The notes under the pieces were generated by a model. It worked only from the letters and a program-made list of their open reading frames with translations, had not been told where the DNA came from and made no database searches. A program made the translations under genes and the position numbers. Shown piece by piece: positions 52,986 to 64,000 of a DNA stretch of 64,000 nucleotides. Positions within the stretch are counted from its first letter, which is position 1; every line of letters starts with the position of its first letter. Source of the DNA: Octopus sinensis (Eukaryota); contig NC_043002.1 in the NCBI RefSeq assembly GCF_006345805.1, forward strand, positions 60,078,001 to 60,142,000, written 5' to 3'.

Positions 52986-55040
52986 GTGCGAGGAAGAAAG
53001 AAATAAAGAATATGTATGTATAGCTGTGAAATAAACATCGGAGTTACTGACTGTTCTCTACACATAAATGACAGGATCTACTCAGAGGTTTTAGGAACTC
53101 TTCTATATCCATCGTAATGTCGACAACCCTTCTCTTGTCTGCTGTAGTCCTATGGGCATGACCGTTTCCATCCTTAGCCTGTATGCTTCGCCCGATTCTG
53201 GCAGTGAGGAGTGAATTAATCTTCGCTTCGCCTGCGTAACGGAAAGGAAAGGTGACCTATGTTCGCCTTATCCACACGAAGAAGTGACTGGGATGATCCT
53301 GCCGACAGCTTAGATTAAAATAATCTGAAATAGAGAAAAGTGATTATGCATAGCACTGGAAACCAGTTGCCTTAGAAATGTTAACACAATATTTAAAACT
53401 AGCGGGTTACGTGAAAATTTCGCAGAATTTCTGGCAAACTTAATGGGTTATTTCTGAAAAACACTTGTTCTAAAATCTCTCCAAGAAATGAACGCAGTAG
53501 TTGTACTAACAGGTAATACTCGTAGCCACTTCAGCATGGCTGTCCGTTCGAACGGACTCTACTGCGTATTTTTTAACCCCAGACGACATATCTTCTATCT
53601 GGTTAATGATGCAGAGCTGAAAATTTTATCAGAAAAAAATAATAAAATAAAACACTCAGAGCGTAGCCTGCACAGTGGAAAGATAATGGCTCATCTGTAA
53701 TTCCTTGAAAATTGAGAGAAATTCGAATACGATGATTACATAATGCATTTTATATATACAGTTTCTTTATTTTATGTACACTCTTATAGACAAAATACAC
53801 AGCACTCATCAAATAAGTATTCACTTTTAGTTGGCCATTTTTCCAATAAACAACAACAAAAATAGATCCCGTACATATGATACAACCTTTAGTTTAATTG
53901 CATATATTGCTGCGTAAATAAGGGTGAATATTTCACGGAATTGCACTTATGCACATGCGTTAAGTGTTAGGTAGTATAAAAAATCTTAGTTCAATTTTCA
54001 AAAAAAAAACTTTTCAATATTCACTCACCACCACCGCCACCTCTATATCCACCACTACCACTTCTATATCCAGTAGCAGCATCACCACCACCACCACAAC
54101 TACACCACTACAGCCACCCTCATCTTCATCTCTCTCTACCCTTCTCTCTCTCTTTCTCCTCTCACTCTCCTCCTCTCTCTCCCGTGTTTCTGACCTTTCT
54201 CACCGTCAGAACGCTCTGCTAAAATCATATTGTTGATTCGCTTCTTCTACCGTCAACTAACTATTTTAACCACGTAATAAATATTACTTTCCCCCTACCT
54301 CACGTTTTGAACTCTTCTCCCTCTCTTTCTGTTTTACACTCTCTGTCTTTATATCTCTCTTTTCTCTCTCCCCCTTTCTGTCCTACACTTCACCTTATAC
54401 TCTTTGCCCTCCCCTTTTTTCTTTATCCTCTCTTTCCTTTCAACTAATCACGTGAAAGCGTTACATTTACATTCCCTCTTCCTCACGCCATGACCTCTAC
54501 TCTCTCCCTCGTTTTCTCCCTCTTTTCGCCCTCCCCATTTTCCACTCCCCTCTTTTTCTCTAATCACATGAAAGCGTTACGTTATGGACGGGCTCAGTAA
54601 CGCAATGACAAGCAGAATTATTTTAAGATATGAGGGCATCGAATACTGTTGTCGTGATGAATCTGGAATTATCCCATCTGGACCCTAGCTTTACAATTTT
54701 ACCAATAATTATTGGAAAACTTCGCTACGTGATTAACTGCTTCAAAAAAACTCATGTGAAGTTGGGTTGCACATTACGCGGTCCTATTTAGAAATCACAG
54801 TTATAAAGATTACAGCTAATCAAAGTCGTTGTCAAAGTTTTTAAAACTTAAGACGTTTCTCATGTAATTATATCTACATATAAAATGATATACATGCCTG
54901 TATCCATGTATGAATGCTTTCTCTCTCTCTCTCACACACACACACGCACACGCACACACACACACACGCACACACGCACACACACACACACACATACACA
55001 CACACACACACACACAACACATATATATATATATATATAG

Positions 55041-55072
<32 letters not shown>

Positions 55073-55914
55073 CATAAATACATACATACATAATTACATA
55101 CATACATGCATGCAAATATGTGTGCATAAATGGACATATACGCGAAACCACCATGACACAACCGCCTTCTTCACGACAACAAAATTCTTCTTTCTCCATT
55201 GTTGAAGAATTAAAAAAAAACGCAAAGCCAAATAAAAAAAAGTGCAACAAAAAACATGAAGATATGAAGAGATTCCTATAAAGATTGACATTTGGTTTCT
55301 GACATTCTGCCAAATCTCAATGTAACCTTGCTTTTCTGCCAACAATGTAACAGAGCAATTATCTCTTTTACTCTTTTCACTCTAAATCACATAAACACTA
55401 GATTTTCTCTTTCAGTTTATACGTGTGTGTGGTGTGTGTCTGTGTGTGCGTGTTGGGTTCTTTGTACTTTATATCTGACTCCTTTACTATCAATCTCTCG
55501 TACGCTATATACAAATATACAGGCGTGCGTGCGTGTTTTGTACTTATATTCATATATAAATACATGCATACACACACATACACACACATACAATATGTAC
55601 GTACACGCATATATGTGTGTGCATATATATCTAGGTATGTGAGTGTTTATGTGTGTGTGTGTATAAAACTTTTATTTTAGTGGACATGTGTAGGTATACA
55701 CACACAGGTATATATACCACATATAACATATTATATTATATGTGGTATTTGTGCCTGAATGTGTATACTTATGACCACTATAATGAAAATTTCATATACA
55801 CACAATACATATATATATATATATATAAATTAGAGGTAAATCAAACAGTGAAAAACATAAACCAAAACATAGAAATAAAATTAATTAATATAATATACAA
55901 AAATATATATATAT

Positions 55915-55920
55915 GAGTAG

Positions 55921-55995
<75 letters not shown>

Positions 55996-55996
55996 C

Positions 55997-56066
<70 letters not shown>

Positions 56067-56095
56067 ACAGACAGGGAGACATATAGATACTTAGT

Positions 56096-56170
<75 letters not shown>
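55915..56170. repeat. (GATA)n
   Basis: Direct reading. Confidence 0.95.
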
Positions 56171-56171
<1 letters not shown>

Positions 56172-56885
56172 AATGTATATATTTGAGTTTAATTGTATTG
56201 TGTACTTATGCTACAAATCTTTAGTTTTTTTGACAATTCAGCTGATCCTAGGCTGCAACAGTTACCCACCACTCCCACTAGCCTTACCACTACAAAGTAT
56301 ATCACCATCACCAATACTACCACCACCGGCAGCAACATAAACAGTAGCAACTTTGAACAACGAGAAATACAAGTAAATTCTCTTGTTCGTTACAAAAAAA
56401 TAAAATCCACTATTACAACCATCAACGTCAATATCTCATCCTAAACCACAAGTACCACATCTAACAGGACGTATGTCTTAAAGCTCGGTATATCAACAAC
56501 CCTTCATCGCATTTTCTTTATAACAGTTAGCGTTGGCAATGAAACAAACGTCTTCCCGAAGCACTCAAAAATTTTAAGTGTAATTGACCAAAATTTTCAA
56601 GAAGTCGTTGAGTATTACATATTTTATTATATTTTTGAAAATTCTCTATTTGGCATTAGTTGCTGTTTTCCGTTCCTCGACAAGGACATTATTATATATT
56701 TGCCTGTAGCAACGTGCGGTCTTTAGCCTATTGTTAAATATTCATACAATCTAAAGCCAACGTCCAATTTATGAACAAAGTATGCTTTCCGTTTTATATT
56801 TGCATTTCTGCTTCTTTAGATAACTCTTTTACTCTTTGAGTAACTATTTATGTCTTCGTCACACACACATATACACACACACGCT

Positions 56886-56941
<56 letters not shown>

Positions 56942-57899
56942 CATGCTCTCCTTATCTTTATATACGACTGTGTGGACAAACGAACGAAGGGCACTCGAGA
57001 AATTTATAGCAAGTTACATATATGGATCAAAAGATTTTGATTCCAATTCGTTGATACTCTTGAGTCTCAAGCGAGATGCTAGTTGTCAGCCATTTCAGAT
57101 TCAAAATGGCTGACGACTATCATCGCGTCAAGGTCATCAACACCTATCCACACGCACATACTTACACACTCTCACATACACACAAACGCGCCACTTCTTT
57201 TGGGGTTCACCAATTCATTATTATTCCCCCTTCTTCCTAGCTCTCGTGTCTAACCACCTCTGTCTAGCCAGCCGCCATGATTGACCGCTAGCCCCTAAAG
57301 ATATTTTTTATTCTCTCTGTTTATTTCATTGTTTTCCTTTCCTTTGAAGAGTGTAGTTTCGAAATGATAAAATATTTTTCATCTTCCAGAGCGTTAAAAC
57401 TAATCCCTGTTGTTGCTTATATACTGTCATCCTCTATTGTTTCTGTAAAATATATATATATATATATTATATATATATATATATAATATATATATAATAT
57501 AATATATATTATATATATATTATATATTATATATATTTTACATATATATAAATTAAGGGTATCTAAAAGATAACACTAAAACTTTCTCTAAAACCACATA
57601 AGTAATTCATACTGCCACCAGGAGGGAAAGGCAAAAAAAATAAGCTAGCAAAAGATTATTGGATAATACCAGATCTAGGTATCTGGCTTTGCAAAAAAAT
57701 ATATTCTGACTCTTCAGTGGGATATACTTCTTGTCTTTTAATGATAAGTATTACTTATAAGGTGTTATCCCATGGTGGCCACTTTATATGATCGGTATTT
57801 AAATAACGATCTTATTTTATTTCATATCAATTTATAAATATGTATATATATCTATATATATATAATTATATATATATATCATATATATATATATATATA

Positions 57900-58520
57900 T
57901 ATAACTTAGATAACTTAGATAACTTAGAAATAACTTAGATATGTTTCGACCAAAGATTGGTCCAGGCCATGTCTAACTTAATAGCACCACTGATAGGATT
58001 ATTCGAATCTGTTTAAGTCAAGTTTTGTTCAAGTAGTGAGTTCTTGTTGGGTGAGTTGAATCCAATTATGGGGTGGCTTATCTGGTATTCTTTGAAGGAA
58101 ATCATCCAGACTCCGTTTAAAGTTGATGGATCTTTTCCTCTTGATCTCCCTGGGACAATGTTAAATAGGGCAGGCCTGTTGAGGAAAAGAAATTTGTTGC
58201 AGTTTACATATATGTTGTGATCTGAATTGGGCAGGGGACGTATGGCCGTGGTCCCAGTCTTGGATGAACTTGAGCTAATGTTAAGGTCGTTTGGGCAAAG
58301 TTGGCGGTTATATTCTCCACATCGTACAAATGATGTACCGCTCACGGCGAAGATATTATTGACTCTGTTATTATCTAGTGAACAAATAAAAAAGATAATA
58401 GCGGAATCAATAATATACATACTTACATCAATTCAGGTCAAGAAAAGCACTAAATAGTTGAAGGACTGAAATTAATCAAGGACATACTAAGTATGTCTAC
58501 CAGCTGGAAACAATAGTCAA
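57900..58520 (-). mobile_element. CR1-group LINE 3-prime end, decayed
   Basis: FDYCFQL, RRERYIICTMWRI, PALFNIVP...PNKNSLLEQ; short tandem tail (ctaagttat)n near 57900-57940. Confidence 0.7.
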
Positions 58521-58763
58521 AACTCTTATTTAAATCACCGAAAAAAGAACTGATGATAACTACAGAAATCAACCGCCAGCGGGCAAACGGGCTAAGACGA
58601 TCTCTCAGCATATGTTCAAGTACTTGGACTCACGTGTGCCGATTTCTGGACTGACATTATAGCTTTACCTTCCTCAGCACGCGTTACCATGATGGAAATC
58701 CCCAACCAATCACGTTCAAGTCTGCGCTGCAATATATAGAAAAAAATATATAAATATATATAT

Positions 58764-58795
<32 letters not shown>

Positions 58796-58946
58796 AATTG
58801 AAGAGAGATATAAGAGATGCACAGGCATATATGATATATATAGATTAATATATATATATATATATTCGTATATATATCTAGATATATATATATATATATA
58901 TATATATATCTATATATATATAGATATATATATATATATATGTATA

Positions 58947-59505
58947 TATAAATAAATGAAAGAATGGAGTCGAACGACGATTTAACAAAATTCCTTTATT
59001 CTCGACATAAGTTTCGAAGACTGCATATTCTCAATTCCGAAGGAATAAAGGGTGCATTATGCCGCCTTCTCATAAGGAAAATCAAGGAACTTATGTCAGC
59101 ATCATGACGAACAAAAACTTTTGGATGACTGCCCACACGGAGTCCATAGTGATAATGGACTATGGACTCCGTGTGGGCAGTCATCTAAAAGTGTTTGTTC
59201 GTCATGATGCTGACATAAATTCCTTGTTTTTCCTGATGAGAAGGCGGCATAATGCACCCTTTATTCCTTCGGAATTGAGAATATGCAGTCTTCGAAACAT
59301 ATGTTGAGAATAAAGGAATTTTGTTAAATCGTCGTTCGACTCCATTCTTTCATTTATTTATAGTAAAAAAAACACAAAAATTTCCACACGAAAGCACGTG
59401 GATTTCGCCCTTAGCATGTAGCTTCAAACCGTGATTTCTGACGTAAATTTGCTACCACCCTGGTATCGGTTAACCGAATATCCATACTAGGACATTCATC
59501 AACTA
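58947..59505 (+). mobile_element. Palindromic Penelope-type element with 204-bp arms, 8-nt loop and tail
   Basis: 58947-59150 versus 59159-59362, few mismatches; (TA)n flanks. Confidence 0.85.
59220..59318 (+). ncRNA. Type I hammerhead candidate (GUU)
   Basis: CTGATGA(59233)-gaag...cttc-GAA-ACATATGT-T-gagaataaaggaa pairs with upstream ttccttgtttttc through an internal loop. Confidence 0.65.
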
Positions 59506-59627
59506 CGTAATATATATATATATATACTATATATATATATATCTTAATTATATATATATGTAATATATATATATATATATAATAATGAAAGAATGGAGTT
59601 GAACGAAGATGTTAACAAAATTCTTTA

Positions 59628-59709
59628 CTCTCGACATATGTTTCGAAGACAACTTAGTTTCATTCCAAAGGAAAGAAGGGTGCATTATGCAATCTTCTCA
59701 TCAGGAAAG
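59628..59709 (-). ncRNA. Type I hammerhead ribozyme
   Basis: ctttc-CTGATGA-gaaga...tcttc-GAA-ACATATGT-C-gagag; GUC. Confidence 0.75.
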
Positions 59710-60691
59710 AAAGGGAGCCTATCTCGACAACAAGACAAACAAAAATTTCGATGACCGCCTACATGGTAAACAAAACGATAATGAGTGTTTTTAAAAACCG
59801 TTAGAAGAATTGACATCAAAGATAGATAGTAGGAAGAGAAGGGTTAAAGGAATAATAGGTAGGGAACAAGTGGAGAGGGAAGGGTACGTTGATTGAAAGA
59901 ATGTTCGAAGGCTTAGGAAAGAATTTCGCTATTGAAGTGGAGTGCACGTTAAGCTAAATGTTCAAACCACAGTGACTATCGTTATCATTTATATGAGTAG
60001 AAGAAAGTATGTTTCTGCCAGTGTTTACATTTGTATGATTTTTCTATGAGTGTGTTTATCAAAAGGAAAGGATAAAGACAGTATGAACCAATCTACCTTG
60101 AAATTTATATTGTTGTCTTTAAGACGCCAAACTAATTTATTTCTATGTCGTTTTTTACCATCCTTGAATGTTGAATAATGGTTTGAAATTCTCTTGGATA
60201 ACAGGGAAGTGGACGCTCCTATATAGAACAAGACATCGGTACCGGAAGAAATTCTACACTGGTAAATAGAATTCTTAATCTTAGAATTACTAGACAAAAA
60301 TTTAATTCTGTTGGGGTTGTCCTCTGAGATCGAAACGAAGTTTTTATTGCTATGATTGTTGTTACTATTATTATTAGCGCCAAATGCCCTTCCAGTTCAG
60401 ACATCGGTACCCTTACTAACGATAGTCACTGTGGTTTGACCAATTAGCTTAACGTGCACTCCATTTCAATAGCGAAATTCTTTCCTAAGCCTCTGAACAT
60501 TCTTTCAATCAACGTACCCTTCCCTCTCCACTTGTTCCCTGCCTATTATTCCTTTAACCCTTCTCTTCCTACTATCTATCTTTGACGTCAATTCTTCTAA
60601 CGGTTTTTAAAAACACTCATCATCGTTTTGTTTACCATGTAGGCAGTCATCGACATTTTTGTTTGTCTTGTTGTCGAGAGAGGCTCCCTTT

Positions 60692-60773
60692 CTTTCCTGA
60701 TGAGAAGATTGCATAATGCACCCTTCATTCCTTTGGAATGAAACCATGTTGTCTTCGAAACATATGTCGAGAG
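60692..60773 (+). ncRNA. Type I hammerhead ribozyme
   Basis: Same motif in the right arm; CTGATGA at 60697; predicted cut after 60768. Confidence 0.75.
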
Positions 60774-61008
60774 TAAAGGAATTTTGTTAACATCTTCGTT
60801 CAACTCCATTCTTTCATTTATTCATATACAACACACCAATTTCTGCACATGAACCCGGAGTTTCTACCCTTGGACAGGTCGCTTCAACCGTGTTTCTGAC
60901 GTGAATTTGCTACCCTGGTTTCGGTTCAACGAATTTTTCATGCTGACGATAAACATAGGATAATCATCACCTATTTATATATATATATACATACATACAT
61001 ATATATAG

Positions 61009-61109
<101 letters not shown>

Positions 61110-61110
61110 T

Positions 61111-61355
61111 CAGGATTGGCCAAACGTCACCCAATATTATGAATTGAAATAAAATTCCATAAATATTTAATGTACCATTTTATATTATTCATTCTAATTT
61201 TGAATGTTTAATAATGGAATGCTGTGAGTTAACCTCACAATTTTCGCTTTTTTTTAACATCTGTCTATTTTTAGCGAAATCTCATAGATATTTTTTGTGC
61301 TTATCTTGGAACTGAATGGCTTTGATTTATTGTCGGGTGAATTTGGCCAACCCTG
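61111..61355. mobile_element. Tc1/mariner-type MITE; another terminus at 62157-62209
   Basis: cagg.ttggccaaa..tcaccc and gggtgaatttggccaaccctg followed by TA. Confidence 0.65.
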
Positions 61356-61363
61356 TATATGTA

Positions 61364-61409
<46 letters not shown>

Positions 61410-61411
<2 letters not shown>

Positions 61412-62070
61412 GTATCTTTTCTCTTTTGATGACCGGCAGATTTTTAAATGATTTACATGTAACTAACAAATTTTAAACGTCGTATACTGGTAGAATGTGT
61501 TTATAAAACATCTTTTTCTCTTGGCTTTCTTGAGAAAATTATGTAGTTTGTAAGATACTTGTAAGATATTTTCTTCAATTTCGGCAATTTGAACCAATCA
61601 ATGACGTCTATTGAGGTGAAAACGATTTCTGCAGTAGAGTGTAAACAACATTTTCTGGCGGTGTCATATCAAAATGTCACCCATAATTATGGCCCTAGTA
61701 TCGATCTATTGCATTTCAATCTGTTTTAGGGTTAGGGTTAGAGTTAGGGTTAGGGTTAGGGGTGGGTGGAAGTGTATCTTTTTTTCTTCAGAAATGTAAA
61801 TAAACCCAATCTGTTTCTTAAACGAGGGACATCTTCATATAACACCGCCAGAAAATGTTTACGGCAGAGAATGTTTTCATCGCAATAGAGGTCATTAGTT
61901 GGTTTCAATTGCCGAAATTGAAGAATCTACAAAATCTACAGATTACAGAATTTTCTCAAGAAAGCCAAGAGATGTTTAATAAACACATTGTACCAGTAAA
62001 CGAAGTTTAAATGTGTTTAGTTACATGGAAATTATTTTAAAAATCTGCCTATCAAAGCGAAAAGATACTA
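61410..62070. mobile_element. Long-TIR MITE containing (TTAGGG)6
   Basis: tagtatctttt...ctggcggtgtcatat versus ataacaccgccag...aaaagatacta; telomeric hexamers at 61726-61761. Confidence 0.8.
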
Positions 62071-62082
62071 TACATGCATACA

Positions 62083-62118
<36 letters not shown>

Positions 62119-62245
62119 TATATATAATATTATATATATAATGATACATATACATACAGGTTGGCCAAAATTCACCTGACAATAAATCAAAGTCATTCAG
62201 TTCCAAGATTCCAATACACACACACGCGCGCACACACACACCACA

Positions 62246-62284
<39 letters not shown>

Positions 62285-62319
62285 TATATATATATACAAT
62301 GAAAATATTCAGAAAATGC

Positions 62320-62790
62320 TGGAGTCTATATAGTAAAGTGAGTCGTTTTAGGTATCCTCTCTGGCTTCAAAAATTATTTACAAAAATGTACTCAAATCAA
62401 GGGATTCAGTATCTGACAATGATAAGTAAAGGTTTGAAGTTTTGTCTTTCCTCTGTGATGTGTCAAAAAATAGTTTACATAAAAAACATTCAGATCAGTT
62501 AACAATTTTTTTATAATGATAAGAAGAAAAAATATTTTCTTCTTATCATTATAAAAAAAGAAAAATAATTCTATTTCCTGATATGAATGTTTTTATGTAA
62601 ACTATTTTTTGACTCGTCACCGAAGATACACAAAGCCTCAAATCTTTTTTTATCATTGTCAAACACTTTGCCACTTGATTTGAATACATTCTTATAAAGT
62701 AATCTTCAACGCCACAGAGAATGTCTAAAAGCTCACACTTCACTTTTGAAAATGTTTTTAGATAATTGAAAGCAATTAAGACTCCATCCA
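62320..62790. repeat. Old fold-back repeat centred near 62530
   Basis: Core ttttttataatgataagaagaaaa and ttttcttcttatcattataaaaaa; diverged outer arms. Confidence 0.7.
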
Positions 62791-63386
62791 CTTCAGATCC
62801 TTTTCCTTATATTTTTACGCATGCGGTAATTCCCAACTTTATTTCATGATACACACACATATATATATCTGTAAAAACGCATTGTTGGCAAAGGCTACGA
62901 CGCATTCTATTATTAAGTAAATGAAAAAATACTCATGATGAATAGGACATCACCAACGAGTGAAATACACGTAAGTGTAGTGCGTAGAGATAAGTGCGTA
63001 GAAGTACGCAACTCGTCAGTGTGATCGTCATAGCAAAATATAATATGTAGAACTATATACGAGGAGTCTGCATGAGATTGAATATATATATAGTTCTACC
63101 AATTACATTTGGGGTTATATTTCATAAGTTTTTGTTTTGGCGCGCCAAAATACCGAAATAATTCTGTGCAGTGAATATTGCCGGTTAGACACCTTGTTAT
63201 TTAAATTTAAATTTAGTGATTACGTAAGTTGTAAAAACGAAACTGGTTTGTGATTAACATGTATATTTTTTATCTTTACATTTATGTTGCACGCTTACGT
63301 TCTGGCGTTTGCTAAATTTTCTTGAGAACATAGGAGGTCATCTTCTAGCATAATGGATGTCCATTAGTGGTCATCCCACTTATATA

Positions 63387-63673
63387 TCTATATATATAAA
63401 AGTGAAGTTGTGTGAGTGTCTGTCTCCTACGATTTAGATTCCGAACTACTCCTACATTTTGCGGTGCAGTATAACCAAATTCGGGTATCTTATAGTCGTG
63501 ATTCATATCGAGCCCCTCTGGGTATTAGCGCGCGTCTACGATGAGGCAAAGTTTAAAAAAAATTACCATCATTTTTTATTCCAGTTTTAATGTATTTTTT
63601 GCTATAACTCTCTAAAAATGCTTATATAGGTATTTCCCTTACAAACCCGAGCAACGCCGGGCGATACTGCTAG
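63387..63673 (+). mobile_element. Non-autonomous Helitron; 3-prime end of a second, inverted copy at 63990-64000
   Basis: A|TC...CTAG|T insertion; subterminal cccgagcaacgccggg hairpin; actagcagtatc at the window end is the reverse complement of its terminus. Confidence 0.85.
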
Positions 63674-63839
63674 TATGTAATATAATTTTTCTGAATCTTC
63701 ACATTTTTCTATATTGTACACCACTGGTTTTAAATTGATATTAATCAAATTACTATTCAACTTTTCAGCCTTATCATTTTAATTTACATACTCATATATG
63801 TATCTCTCACTCTCTTTCTACACACACACCACACATATA

Positions 63840-63898
<59 letters not shown>

Positions 63899-64000
63899 GT
63901 GTGTGTGTGTGTGTGTGTGTTGTTTTTTTTATATATATGTATATATATATTATATATATATATATAGTATATTATATATAATATATATACTAGCAGTATC

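Larger units (their letters stand above)
59584..60960. mobile_element. Penelope-like element with inverted 400-bp arms, GIY-YIG remnant and tail
   Basis: Arms 59584-59984 and 60417-60818; ORF 60025-60297 (-) contains IYQCRI...FYIGAST...KRISNH. Confidence 0.85.

Noticed and set aside
53050-53240. Minus-strand acceptor plus a roughly 60-codon open frame (EAKINSLLTARIG...)
   Set aside because: No homology recognised; it may be a retroposon 3-prime region.
61726-61761. True telomere or chromosome-fusion site
   Set aside because: Only six units, lying inside a TIR element.

Overview
AT-rich, microsatellite-saturated animal DNA. The SINE families, CORE-like domains and repeat landscape suggest a coleoid cephalopod such as Octopus (inference). 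No host protein-coding gene can be supported: almost all tracked ORFs are translated microsatellites, and the recognisable coding remnants belong to transposons (CR1-group, RTE, R4/RLE-type LINEs, Penelope-like elements, Tc1, mariner). There are also at least four SINE families, several fold-back MITEs and a Helitron. The most striking signal is about 16 type I hammerhead-ribozyme-like motifs from several unrelated short elements, mostly embedded in (TA)n, each family with its own palindromic helix III. Two of these look like retrozyme-type units copied from a tandem or circular RNA: a 596-bp 1.7-mer with two intact hammerheads (49873-50889) and a 362-bp circularly permuted unit (50938-51397). 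One family has a swapped G3-C8 catalytic core. Other highlights are a non-autonomous LINE-like element inserted with a TSD into a SINE tRNA head, a duplicated promoter-like module at 387/1602, and a 460-bp inverted duplication. Coordinates were read by hand; repeat boundaries are approximate.
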